From an uncultured Chloroflexia bacterium (GTDB taxonomy: Bacteria; Chloroflexota; Ktedonobacteria; Ktedonobacterales; JADMIN01): a stretch of 64,000 nt of DNA. Positions 53,639-64,000 of this stretch are shown one piece after another. The notes beneath the pieces were generated by a model. The model did not search any database, had not been told where the DNA came from, and saw only the letters and a program-made list of their open reading frames with translations. Within the stretch, counting starts at the first letter, position 1, and each line of letters begins with the position of its first letter. Location: assembly GCA_963702665.1 (NCBI GenBank), contig CAVPDP010000016.1, forward strand, positions 735 through 64,734, read 5' to 3'. A program made the translations under genes and the position numbers.

Positions 53639-54644
53639 GCGCGCAGACAGGGCATCAGAGCCGCAGCCGCAACCATACGAAAACCGTGAATACTGTGAAT
53701 ACGCCCACTAGACCCACTACGACAAAAATGACCACTACAAAGCGCGCGCTTGGCATCGCCTTTGCGCTGACCGCCGCTGTCTTGCTGGTCGAGGTGGTTG
53801 GCGGGCTGTTCTCGCATTCGCTGGCGCTGCTCTCGGACGCCGGACACGTGCTGACCGATATCGTGGCGCTGGGGCTGGCGTGGTTTGCCGCCGTGCAGGC
53901 CGAGCGCCCATCAGATGACCGCCGCACCTACGGCTACCATCGCGTCGGCATTCTCGCGGCGCTGGCCAACGCCATCACCCTGATTCTGATCGTCGTGTGG
54001 ATCGCCTTCGAGGCGGTGCATCGGCTGCGACAGCCAGAGACGGTGACACCATGGATCATGTTCGCCGCCGCCTCGGTGGGCGTGGCGGTCAATCTCTTCA
54101 TCGGGTTTAGACTGCGCCACACGGGACAGGAGAATATCAACGTGCGGGCGGCGATGCTGCACGTCTTCGGCGATGTCGGCGCCTCAGCTGCCGTTATCGT
54201 CGGTGGCGTCGTCATCGCGCTGACGGGGTGGTATCCCGCCGACCCGATTATCTCGCTGGCCATCGCTGTGCTGATTGCCCTGGGCGCGTGGCGCGTCTGC
54301 GCGAGACAATTGCGATTCTGATGGAGTCTACGCCGCGCGATGTGGACGTGACGAGCCTGCTGCGTGACCTGGGGAAGATTCCCGGCGTGAGCGGGGTACA
54401 CGATCTGCACGTCTGGTCCATCGCTGGTGGGATGCGCGCGCTCTCGGCGCATATCCAGGTGCTGGATCGCCCGGTGAGCGCCTGCGACGCCTTGCGTGAG
54501 AAGGTCAACACACTCCTACACAATAACTATCACATCGGCCATACGACGCTCCAATTCGAGTGTCGCACCTGCGACCGCTGTGACGGCAGCAACCTCTATT
54601 GCCAGCTCGAACCGGGCGAGGCCGCACACAGCCACAGCCACTAG
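53635..54644 (+). CDS. Cation diffusion facilitator, CzcD/ZitB-like (frameshift near 54297)
   Basis: SLALLSDAGHVLTD, TYGYHR, HVFGD, HDLHVW and HTTLQFE. Confidence 0.92.
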
Positions 54645-54715
54645 AGGGTTAGCGACTCCTGCTGTCTGGCTCCCCCTCTCCTTATGTGGTTTGAGGGACA
54701 GGCGCCAGGCGCGTG

Positions 54716-54853
54716 AACGCGCGGCTAAGGGCCTTCTGCGGAAGGCCACGAAGCCTGCCTGCGCAGGCTGCAGAGAGGGAGCGCGTCTGTTCTGGGAGGC
54801 CGCGCAGGCGGCCTTTGTGGCGCAGCCCGTAGCCGCGGCTTCAGCCGCCAGCC
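54716..54853. repeat. REP family 1, inverted pair
   Basis: GCGGCTAAGGGC...AAGCCTGCCTGCGCAGGCT and GTAGCCGCGGCTTCAGCCGCCAGCC. Confidence 0.7.
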
Positions 54854-54877
54854 CGTCTGCATTAACCGCCCGCGCTC

Positions 54878-57012
54878 CTAATACCCTACCGTCAGCTTGA
54901 AGCTCGGCGTGAGTGGCTGTGGCGCGCCGGGCGGCACCACCTTGACGACCACGCCCCAGTGGCCGCCCATCGTCAGATCGCCCTCGCCGCTGTAGACGCC
55001 CGGACTATTCGCGCCAACGGGCTTGAGCGCCACATCCTGCGCGCCCATATCCATATCGAGATTCGTGAGGGTGGCGACGATGATCGCATTTGTCACTGGC
55101 GCGCCCTTGCTATCCTTCACCGTCACCGTAAACGTGTTGCTGCCGAATTTGGCGGGCACGATGTTGAGCGTGATGGCGTAGTCCCCCGCCTGTTGCGTCG
55201 CCAGGAATGGCCCGCTCTGTGGTGTCAGCGTTGCGCCGCCAGTGGGAGCCGCCGCCAGCGTTCCGGCGAACGCGCCCAACAACGCCGCGCAGAGCAGCAC
55301 CGCCGCGCCCAGCATCGCCTCGCGCCGCAGCCAGTCTTCCAGCCGTACCGATAGCTCGCGCAGTGGCGTAGCGCTCGCGCCCTTGCCGTTCTTACATCGC
55401 CGTTCGTCGCCAGACGGACGTTTGCAGCGGGGAAGCCATCGGCTCCTCGTGCCGAGACGGCGACGGGGCTGCCAGCGGACATCAGCGCGTCGTCTTTGGC
55501 AAGCGCCTGGGCCAACTGCGGACGGACATGGAAGGCGTGCCACGCGCTGATGGCCACCATCAGCAGGAATATCTCGATTTTGACGAAGAGTGTGCGGCCA
55601 TAGGCGGTGGTCAGGAACTGATCGATAGAGGTCAGGTGAATAGTGGTGTTGAGCGTGCCAGTAGCGGCGAGCAGGAACGCGCTGAGAATGGCGACCGCGC
55701 CAAACTCTGGCAGCCCCAGCGCCAGCACACGGGCGCGCGTGCGCACATCCAGACCGGCGAGCGCGGGCACAAAGACCAGGCTGATGTACAACAGCCCGCC
55801 CACCCACGCCGCATTACAGGTCAGGTGGAACAGGTCTACCGCTACCGCGTAGGCCAGCTCGCTCGTCGGCACGGCAGACGCGTGGCCCGACAGCGCGAAG
55901 GCGACAATCAGCGCCGCCGCCAGCAGTATCAGCGCCGCGCCGAGCGGGGTGCGCGCCCGCAGGCCAGCGACCAGCCGCCCCGGCAGTCGCGGGATACCAC
56001 GTAGCGTCAGGAGCAACTCGTGTCCCCAACCAGCAATATTTTCCGCGTCAGCGGCCGTAGTTGGCAGCATATCACTGGACGGCTGGCGACTGAGTGCGAG
56101 ATTTCCGCGTGTCCCCAACAGCGTCACGATGAGCGCGGCCAGCGCCACCAGTTCGCGCATCCACCAGAATGTGCCGAAGCGGCTGCCAAACAGCACCGCC
56201 TGGAGCAATGGCGGCGAGATCGCGCCCGTGAAGTCCCCGGCCAGTTCGGCTGATTGCGCCAGAATCATGCCGATATCCGCCACCAGCACCACGATCAGCG
56301 CGATTGGCGCCAGCCGCCGGAAGCGCTGCTCCGCCGCCAGCGCGGCCTGTCTGAGCGCGCCGTCACGGGTCAGCCCAGAAGGCAGAATCCACGTCTCCCA
56401 GATGACGCCGCCGATCCAGACGGCCATCCCCAGCAGCGCCAGCCAGGTGAAGATCGCCTGGGCGATGCTCGGCGCGTCAAGTCCGCTGGACGACGCATCG
56501 GTAATGCCGCCGCCGCCGGGAATATTCCCAGTGGGCAGCACCGACGGGATCGGTGGCACATCGCCATTGGGCGCGGCGATGCGGAAAATGAACGAGCCGC
56601 CGGTGATGTGGCCGTCGTCGGCCGATTGCGTGCGCCAGACGACGACATACGTGCCCGCCTTGAGCAGCGGCAGCGAGATGATCATCTGCTTGGAGTCGTC
56701 GCTGCTAACATGGGCGTCGCGGTTATCCACCTCGTGATTGGTCGTATCGACGACGACGGCGCGCGAGGTCAGCGGGTTGACATCTTCGCTGAACCACATG
56801 GCGACATGTGAGGGCGGGGCGTTGAGAATCGCGTCGGCAGGCGGATCAGAGCGCACGAGTAAAGCGTGCGCCGACGCCACTGGTAGCAGGCGCGCGGCAG
56901 GCCCAACGGGGGAGAATGCGAGCAGTGTCAGCGCGACGCCACAGCAGAGAGCCAGAAGGATTCGCGCAAAAAACCGTCGCACCGCCAAAGAAGAACGCTC
57001 TGCTCGCATCAT
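54878..57012 (-). CDS. CopC-CopD-YtkA/FixH-like fusion copper protein (frameshifts near 55380)
   Basis: HALLVRSDP, SADDGH, LSGHA, HLxxxAAWVGGL, YGRTLFVK; C-terminal MDMG...LTMGGHW. Confidence 0.88.
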
Positions 57013-57098
57013 ATGCCCCGTGCTATCACTGATAAATCGTTTCTCTGTCTATAATACCCATACAGATTACACCAGGCCGTGCCTGCGCGGATGCAGAA

Positions 57099-57220
57099 CC
57101 TCACCCCCAGCCCCTCTCCTACGAGGAGAGGGGAGCCAGAGCAGTTCCTGCCCCGTCGCCGCGCTGGTCGCCTGCAGTCCCTCCCCTCGTAGGGGAGGGT
57201 GGCCGACAGGCCGGGAGAGG
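57099..57220. repeat. REP family 2 pair
   Basis: CCTCACCCCCAGCCCCTCTCC..GGAGAGGGGAG and CCCTCCCCTCGTAGGGGAGGG. Confidence 0.8.
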
Positions 57221-57300
57221 TTCGCGCCCAGCGCCAGCCCCAGTCCACATCGTAGGGCAGAGACAGCGATACGCGCCACCGCGTGAGACAGGCCACCAGA

Positions 57301-58011
57301 TCAGTGCGCCAGCAGATATTGCACGTCGTTGCTGAGTTGGTGCGGATCGAAGCCGATATCGAGGAAGACACGCTCACGTCCCTGCTGGTCGATGACGTAG
57401 ATGCCCGTGGTGTGGTCGATCACGCCTTTGATATTCGGGTCTTCCATCGACTGCATGTGATAGGCGCTCCACAGCGGCGCAAGCTCTGCGGGTGTGCCGA
57501 GCAGGTAATGGATCGGAAATGTGACGCCATTGTTCTTCAGGAAGGCAGTGGCCGATGCGGGCGTATCGGCGGCGTTCATGCTCAGCGCCACCCATACCGC
57601 CTGGCTTGCCTGCGCCCCCAACGACTTGACCGCCGTGCGTAGCCCGACCGCCATCAGCGGACACTCGTAGTGCGGGCAGTGCGAGTCGAAGAAGGTCAGC
57701 ACAACCGGTTTGCCACGGAACTGTGAGAGTTGGACTGGCTGACCATTCTGATCTTTGAGCGTAATGTCAGGCGCAGCGGGCTTGTTATCCAGTGTGACGC
57801 CGAGCAGTTGATTGGCCGTGGAAGAGGTTACGCCTTGCTGCTGCGCCCGGTTCGCCAGCCCGTTGAAGATGAAGACGCTCGCGATGACCACGACGACGAG
57901 GGCGCCGGTCAACAGCCACGAGGTTGCCCGCCGTGACATGGGGCCGTGTGAAGGGCGCGGTGTGGGATCATCAGTAGGAGACTCCATCACCGACGGTGGT
58001 TGCTGCGACAT
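57301..58011 (-). CDS. SCO family copper chaperone
   Basis: DQNG, FRGKPVVLTFF, CPHYECP and IDHTTGIYVID. Confidence 0.88.
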   Translation of the reverse strand: MSQQPPSVMESPTDDPTPRPSHGPMSRRATSWLLTGALVVVVIASVFIFNGLANRAQQQGVTSSTANQLLGVTLDNKPAAPDITLKDQNGQPVQLSQFRGKPVVLTFFDSHCPHYECPLMAVGLRTAVKSLGAQASQAVWVALSMNAADTPASATAFLKNNGVTFPIHYLLGTPAELAPLWSAYHMQSMEDPNIKGVIDHTTGIYVIDQQGRERVFLDIGFDPHQLSNDVQYLLAH

Positions 58012-58188
58012 AACGGAACCTCCAATGTGGCCGCACGTGCGCTGTAAACGCAAAACGCTACGCCATCCCTACAGCCATCATTACCACAGCCAGGCATCTA
58101 CTCGCATGGTGCGAATACACCAGCGATCCCTATTCTGAGAATCCTCACATAGTTCGCTGATTGCACGACACATTCACCCAGACAGAAC

Positions 58189-59295
58189 CTACTCCGCGCC
58201 GCCCACATGGCTACTCACCGTGGGCGCATGCGCTGGAGTCTGCCAGATCAGTTCTTCATCATCCTGGCGGGCCTCCGCCTCACGCTGCGCGCGCTCCTGG
58301 CTCGCCATCCAGCGGAAGAAGAGGATGGTGATCGTCACGATCAGCGGAATATCCATGATGAGCCACATAATCAGCCCGGCAAGCTGCTGATCGCCCAGCG
58401 GCGTGAAGCCCCAGAGCGACGGCGCATTCGCATAGATGCTGTAGAGCGGCTGGCCAGAGAAGACGATCAACGCGCCCAGCGCCATCATCGGCTGCGTGCT
58501 GACGAACATGTAGAGCATCCCGAAAACCGGGGTGATGCGGGGCAGCGATGGCACCGGGTTCAGGAGTGGGCACCAGTAGAGAATCGCCGTTGCGATGAAC
58601 ATCAGGTTCATCAACGTGTGTATCGGGTTGTGCGGCTGGGACGAAATCGGCCAGTTCGCCACGCTCAGCGAACCCACGATGGTCAGCGCGATAATCCCCA
58701 CGAACACCAGCGCGCTGGCCGCCAGCCCGACCGCGGGACGATCAGTGCGCAGCAGCCGTGGCAATACCAGCACCCCGCCAATCAGCAGCACACCCAGCAG
58801 CAGCGCGTAATCCAGCAGTTCCATGCCCGCGATGACGCCGTCCGATGGCGTGGCGTCCAGCAGCGGCGGGATGTGCCAGACCCACATGTTGAGGTTGTAG
58901 AGGCCAAACGCCACCACCGGATGCGTCAGAAAACGCGCCACCCGCCGCACCCGCGCCCCCCGGAAAAACGGCTCGACCATCCAGCCGGGGATGCCGAGCA
59001 GCAACAGCGGTGGGCAGATGACCGAGAAGAAGACATGCTGAACCATGTGGGCGGTCAGCAGGAAGTGCATGCCCAGGATGTCGAGTGGGGAGAAGAGCGC
59101 GAGCGCCAGGCAGGCGATGCCCGCATAAAAATAGCGCGGATACTTCTGCTCGACGGGCGCCTCGCGGCCATAGAAACGACGGCCTGCCGGGCTGATGGCC
59201 CAGGCATAGGCGACTGCTGGCAGCGCCACCGCGAGCAGCGGGATCGGCTCGAAATTCCAGGCAAGCCAGAGTGGCAATGCGCCGAATGTCAACAT
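58189..59295 (-). CDS. ctaG: Cytochrome c oxidase assembly protein (CtaG family)
   Basis: AHMVQH, PPLLLLG, WHIP and DQQLAGLIMW. Confidence 0.88.
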   Translation of the reverse strand: MLTFGALPLWLAWNFEPIPLLAVALPAVAYAWAISPAGRRFYGREAPVEQKYPRYFYAGIACLALALFSPLDILGMHFLLTAHMVQHVFFSVICPPLLLLGIPGWMVEPFFRGARVRRVARFLTHPVVAFGLYNLNMWVWHIPPLLDATPSDGVIAGMELLDYALLLGVLLIGGVLVLPRLLRTDRPAVGLAASALVFVGIIALTIVGSLSVANWPISSQPHNPIHTLMNLMFIATAILYWCPLLNPVPSLPRITPVFGMLYMFVSTQPMMALGALIVFSGQPLYSIYANAPSLWGFTPLGDQQLAGLIMWLIMDIPLIVTITILFFRWMASQERAQREAEARQDDEELIWQTPAHAPTVSSHVGGAE

Positions 59296-59452
59296 GCCGA
59301 TCCTTCCCCACTACGTACCGCTCGAAAACCCATCCTGGCGCTCACGCACGGCTAAGGGCTCGCCCTGTCACCGCGCGCTGGTCTCCGCTCCGCCCTCGTT
59401 CGCCGGTGAAGCGTGGCTGACGGCCGGTGAGCGTTCCCGCCAGCCTCCCCGC

Positions 59453-60046
59453 CTACTTCGACGTTGGACGCCGCCCAACCAGGAACATGCTCCCGGCGCC
59501 GCCAATAATCAGGCCGAGGACGCCGACCAGCGCCACGACCCAGATCGGCGATCCCGATGATGTGGTGGTCGCGCTCGACGCGCCGGGTGATGTCGTCGAT
59601 CCGCCGGTATCGCCGGGCTTGGCCTGTGCGCCGACGTTAAAGACGAACGCGCCGACCGCCGCATCGCCATCGTCCAGCGAGACCGTGTGCCAGAGCACCA
59701 TATAACTCTCAGAGTCATCGCCGGTCATGGGAACGGTCATCGTCTTCGCGTCGCTGGTGTCCACCACCCCGGCGGCGGTGCTGACCACCTTCCCCTTTGT
59801 ATCATAGACGATCAGGTCACTACCTGCCGGGTTCACCTCTTCGGCGAAATGTACCGTGACAACGGTTGGCGCCGCGGTGACGGTCGAATTTGCCGCTGGC
59901 GTCGAACTCGTGTATTTCGCGTGCGCAGCGGCAGTTGGCGTCTGCGCCACGAAGGTGAGCGCCGCGAGCGAGAAGCCCAGTGTCAGGCTCAAGGTCAGTA
60001 GTATGGGTACCATGCGGGAGCGGGAATGCGCACTCCGTACACTCAT
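59453..60046 (-). CDS. CopC-family protein with C-terminal membrane anchor
   Basis: Signal peptide, AHAKY..STP, WHTVSLDDG and a C-terminal TM helix. Confidence 0.85.
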   Translation of the reverse strand: MSVRSAHSRSRMVPILLTLSLTLGFSLAALTFVAQTPTAAAHAKYTSSTPAANSTVTAAPTVVTVHFAEEVNPAGSDLIVYDTKGKVVSTAAGVVDTSDAKTMTVPMTGDDSESYMVLWHTVSLDDGDAAVGAFVFNVGAQAKPGDTGGSTTSPGASSATTTSSGSPIWVVALVGVLGLIIGGAGSMFLVGRRPTSK

Positions 60047-60113
60047 TTTCGAGTCTCCTCCTAAGAAACGCTCACATACCCATGAATGCGATTTCGCCGT
60101 GGCAGCTACGAGA

Positions 60114-60356
60114 CGGCTGGCGGCTGAAGCCGCGCCTAAGCGCCTGACGGCGACAAGAGCCTGACCGACGCGGGCCTGCACCCCCAGCCCTCGCCAACAG
60201 GAGCATCCGGTGGAGCCAGATTCCGTGTACCTAGCAACGGCTGGTTTCCCAGCCCTCCCCTCGTAGGGACGGGTGGCCGATAGGCCGTGCGAGGCCCGCG
60301 CCGGCGGGCTATGCGGCCGATCAGGAAAGGCCCTTAGGCGCCATCAGCCGCCAGCG
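60114..60356. repeat. Composite REP element (family 1 inverted pair enclosing family 2 pieces)
   Basis: GGCTGGCGGCTGAAGCCGCGCCTAAG ... CCCTCCCCTCGTAGGGACGGG ... TAGGCGCCATCAGCCGCCAGC. Confidence 0.7.
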
Positions 60357-60693
60357 CTGGTCGCTGTCCAAAATGATAACGCGTCCCCGTATATCTGCAC
60401 ATCAGGTATACACCTGAAACGTCTCGGTGAGAATACACTTGAACCGCTGGGGCGCCGCCAGCGTTTTTGCTCAATCTCTGCTCAATCTTGAGATGGGCGC
60501 ATGACTTCTGGACGCAAAAGCGCTATTTCTTAGAATATTCCAATGTTGACTATGATAATATGGAACATAGTATGGGAGCGCGCACGTCATCTCTTCGACA
60601 TACCAACGGACGGCGCGGGGATACCCTGGCGCTCACGGGACATGATACGCGTGGCGAGGATACGCGAGGATACGCTGGTGGAGGATCTGGCGC

Positions 60694-61850
60694 ATGGCAA
60701 AGAAGCGGGGCAATCAGGGCGGCGCGCATCGCGCAAATGGCAACTCATCAGGAAGCTCATCGAGCGGGGCGTCTCAACGTCCGGTGAATAGCGCAAACGT
60801 TGCGAGCAATGGGAACGGGACAAACGGGACAAACGGATCGAAGGGCGCAACCGCTACGGCGGCGCGGCCAGCGGTGAAATCATCGCTACCAATGGAGCTA
60901 ACGGAACCGCGTCGAAGAACGTCAGCACTGCGGCGCAGAGCCAGAGTGATCGTATCGCGGCGGCGCGACAGCGCAATGCGGCGGCGCGGGCAGCGGCCGA
61001 CCGGCGGCGCTCGATGCAGGGCGGCTGGCTGCGGCGACAGTGGCCATTGGTGGCGACGGTCGTCACGGTAGTGCTGATTATCGCCGTCTTCTTCGCCATC
61101 GCCCACAATGCCTCTTCCGGCTCGGCAAGCATTGGCAACCCCGTGCCCGCGAGTGTGCTCAGCCAGGTCACAGGCGTCAGCCAAACGACCTTCGACAAGG
61201 TCGGCAAAGGCTCGATTGGCGAACCCTTCAAAGTGGCGCAGGGCAATCCGCCCGTCAATAAGGCGACTGATGGCCAACCTATCGTCTTCTATGCCGGTGG
61301 GGAATACTGCCCGTACTGCGCGGCGGAACGCTGGTCAATGGTGATGGCGCTCAGCCGCTTCGGCACATTCAGCAATCTATCGCTGATGCAGTCGAGCAGC
61401 ACCGATATCTACCCCAACACCAATACCTTCAGCTTCCACGGCGCCAGCTACACCAGCCAGTATCTCGACTTCCAGGGGATAGAGACTGCGGATCGCAGTG
61501 GCAACGCGCTGGACAAGCTGAACAGCGCCCAGCAGGCGATCTTCGACAAGTACGATGCGCCGCCCTATATCGACTCGTCCAGTACGCTGGATCGATTCCC
61601 TTCCTGAGCGTCGGCAACCAGTACGTCCAGATTGGCGCGGCGTTCATCCCCGACCAGATGCAGGGATTGACCTGGCAGCAGATTGCCGACGAAGTTGAAC
61701 GATCCCACCAGCACGAACACCAAGAATATCATCGCCAACGCCAACTACTTCACTGCGGCGATCTGCCAGGTGACCAATAATAAGCCGGCGAACGTCTGCA
61801 CTGCCGCGCCGATCCCGGCGATTATCAGCGACATGAAGGCAGGAAAATAG
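60694..61850 (+). CDS. DUF929 family thioredoxin-like membrane protein (several frameshifts)
   Basis: [27 protein letters not shown] and ANYFTAAIC. Confidence 0.85.
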
Positions 61851-61853
61851 TTT

Positions 61854-62531
61854 ATGGCAGGTGTGCCAGCGGAAACCTCATCCGATGGAGTGGGCGCGCG
61901 TCTGTTGTTGCTGGCGCGCGCCGCGCCGGGCCTGGCGGCGATGCTGCTGATGGCGCTGGCGGGGCTTGGCATCTCTATCTATTTGACCGTCGTCCATTAT
62001 CAAGGCCTCGGGGTGGCGTTCTGCTCCACGACGGGCATCGTCAATTGTAATAAAGTCACCAGCAGCGGCAATTCTGTCCTGTTCGGCTCAAATATCCCGA
62101 TCACTGTCCCCGGTATGCTCTGGTTTGTGGTCAGTGGTGGCCTGGCGCTGGTCGCGCTCATGGCGATCTGGCGCAACCGCCGCGAGCCAGCCCGGCTGCG
62201 GGCGGCGCACCTGCTCTGGGGCGTTCTTGGCATGATCTTCGTGCTCTACCTGGTCTATGCCGAGATTGTGCTCCTGCATACCCTCTGCGAATGGTGTACC
62301 GTCGTCCACCTGCTGACCTTCGCCACCTTCCTGCTGGCGCTCAATCGCTGGCAACAGCGTGGCCTGCCCAACCCAACCCTTGGCGTCGCGACGGCCACGC
62401 GCGGCGGGAGCGCATCCGCACATGGCGGCAAGGCGCGACCGACGTCAACAGCCACGGCAGCCACACGGCAGCCACAGCCCGCTGGCAACGGCGGCAACAG
62501 CGGCAAGTCGCGGCAGCGCGCGCGGCGGTAG
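61854..62531 (+). CDS. Vitamin K epoxide reductase (VKOR) family protein
   Basis: C-x7-C loop, conserved Ser, CEWC active site, 4 TM segments. Confidence 0.92.
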   Translation: MAGVPAETSSDGVGARLLLLARAAPGLAAMLLMALAGLGISIYLTVVHYQGLGVAFCSTTGIVNCNKVTSSGNSVLFGSNIPITVPGMLWFVVSGGLALVALMAIWRNRREPARLRAAHLLWGVLGMIFVLYLVYAEIVLLHTLCEWCTVVHLLTFATFLLALNRWQQRGLPNPTLGVATATRGGSASAHGGKARPTSTATAATRQPQPAGNGGNSGKSRQRARR

Positions 62532-62739
62532 GTTGGCCGTAGGCTGATAGTCCCCTCTGGCAAGCGCTTTCCGCCAGCGGCGCAGTATGATGGGAACCGC
62601 TGCGACGATGCATGGTACACATGACGATGGGCAGGGCTGGGAGCGTGGGCGACCTGGGTTGCGGGAGTTCCCATGCGGCAGGCTAAAGTCCTGCGGCTAA
62701 TCCCGCCCGTTCGATACTGTTGGTGATGGCGCGCTCAGC

Positions 62740-62800
62740 AAGCCCGCGCAGGTGGGCTTTGCGGCGGAACGCCCGTAGGCGCGGCTTCAGCCGCCAGCCG
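62740..62800. repeat. REP family 1
   Basis: AGCCCGCGCAGGTGGGCT...GTAGGCGCGGCTTCAGCCGCCAGCC. Confidence 0.8.
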
Positions 62801-62964
62801 TCCAGAGTCGCACAGGACTTTCCGGCGCAAATCTCCGCCGCATGGATAAGGCGCCCATCTCGCTACGTCTTACCCATAGAGATGGTTCGCGGAGTGAATA
62901 CATCTGGCTGGATACACCGTGTTGGCAATTGTTGCGTAATTGCGTAATAGTGAGGGTTGGTGCT

Positions 62965-63636
62965 GTGCGAAACCGGGCACGTTATGGGTTGGCGGCCATA
63001 CGCCGCGCGGGGACAAAACGCTCGTTGGGCGGAAGCGCGGCGTTGGGGCTGCTGCTGGTATTGACATTGGCGCTGGGTGGGTGTGGGCCATTTGGCGGGA
63101 GCAGTGGAGTGTCTACGGATAGTAGCCAGTCGCTCGCTTCGCTTTCCTGGTGTGATCGCCCGCTGATTACGTTTCAGGATGACAGCACCACCGCGCAAAA
63201 CATGCTGACGAAGTGGTCTGATGTGAAAGATCAGCTTGGCTTCACCTCCTACCTGCCAGAGAATTTCCCGAAGGGAACCTGTCTGGCGCTGGCGGGCGGC
63301 TCGATCCACAATCCAATTTATGGTGGCCAGTTTAGCATCACCTATGTGCTGCCGACGGTTGGCCCGGTGAGCTTCTCTGAGGCGCCGCTGCATCCAGGGT
63401 TGTCCAAGAAGACGCAGTGTATCCAGAGCGCGCAGGATAGCAAGACAATGATCTGTGTCGGCGCGATTGCCGATACCAGCATCACCATTGCCTCGCGTCA
63501 GTCCCAGGCCGATATCGAGGCGATGTTCGGCGCCCTCAAAGCCGATGTGGCCTGGGTGCCCGCTGGCAGCGCGTCCCCGACGACGCCATCATCGACGGCG
63601 CCAGCGTCCACGGTGACTCCGACCGCCAGCAAATAG
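62965..63636 (+). CDS. Putative lipoprotein (start uncertain)
   Basis: Lipobox LGGC; four further Cys; Ser/Thr tail. Confidence 0.7.
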   Translation: MRNRARYGLAAIRRAGTKRSLGGSAALGLLLVLTLALGGCGPFGGSSGVSTDSSQSLASLSWCDRPLITFQDDSTTAQNMLTKWSDVKDQLGFTSYLPENFPKGTCLALAGGSIHNPIYGGQFSITYVLPTVGPVSFSEAPLHPGLSKKTQCIQSAQDSKTMICVGAIADTSITIASRQSQADIEAMFGALKADVAWVPAGSASPTTPSSTAPASTVTPTASK

Positions 63637-63723
63637 CGCGCAAAGACCGCGCAAATACCATAGTCATAGAGTGGATGGCCAGAGAGCTGGTCATCCACTC
63701 GCGTTTTCCCGGCTGCCACCAAC

Positions 63724-63853
63724 GCTCACCCCCAGCCCCTCTCCTTCGTAGGGGAGGGTGGCCGACAGGCCGCGGCCTAGAGGTTCAGCGCCTCGCGACT
63801 GACGCCTGATCCATCACCTCGTAGGAGAGGGTGGCCGTAAAGGCCGGGAGAGG
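63724..63853. repeat. REP family 2 cluster
   Basis: CTCACCCCCAGCCCCTCTCC..GGGGAGGGTGGCCG, with a second partial copy. Confidence 0.75.
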
Positions 63854-64000
63854 TTCGCGCCCGCGTGAGCCGATCATGCACTATGTGAAACACCATCAGC
63901 CCGCAGCGTGGGAACCCGCAGACACATCTGCCAACACATTGCGCATATCCTCCATAATATAGGTGGCGCGCCATCCACGGCGATCCCGAAAAACACCTAT

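Noticed and set aside
17194-59355. Long antisense or overlapping ORFs (e.g. 17194-18210, 39309-40430, 58207-59355)
   Set aside because: Shadow ORFs expected in high-GC DNA opposite well-supported genes
60360-60470. 6S RNA-like or other ncRNA
   Set aside because: Only a short CTTGAACC resemblance and a terminator-like hairpin; no long rod structure is evident
4363-61850. More than 20 frameshifted genes as programmed frameshifting or mass pseudogenisation
   Set aside because: The indels hit housekeeping genes (sufS, pepF, czcD) without accumulated in-frame stops or a shared slippery motif; uncorrected long-read error is the simpler explanation and read polishing would decide
62625-62710. Possible riboswitch after VKOR
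   Set aside because: GCAGGCTAAAGTCCTGCGGCTA looks like another REP-type hairpin; no aptamer consensus is matched

Overview
GC-rich bacterial chromosomal segment, probably Chloroflexota/Ktedonobacterales; this taxonomy is inferred from gene content and protein style, not tested. More than 20 genes are split by single-base indels, which looks like uncorrected long-read error, so split genes are reported here as single CDSs. Contents: an ABC-2 exporter, a very divergent Rho-like ATPase with a long disordered N-terminus, a MutS-domain membrane protein, VOC/DinB/methyltransferase genes, PadR-MFS, pepF, vapBC, queC, an rrf2-sufC-sufS-sufU operon without sufB/sufD, ArsR-CzcD, a CopC/CopD/SCO/CtaG copper cluster, DUF929-VKOR, two TIR-type membrane proteins and two families of REP-like repeats. 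I found no rRNA, tRNA, CRISPR array, integrase or intact transposase. The most notable signal is that several ~1-1.6 kb cargo modules with no integrase are each followed by a stranded duplicate of the upstream gene's 3' end or terminator (ABC permease twice, pepF, rho terminator). This suggests repeated gene capture anchored at gene ends.
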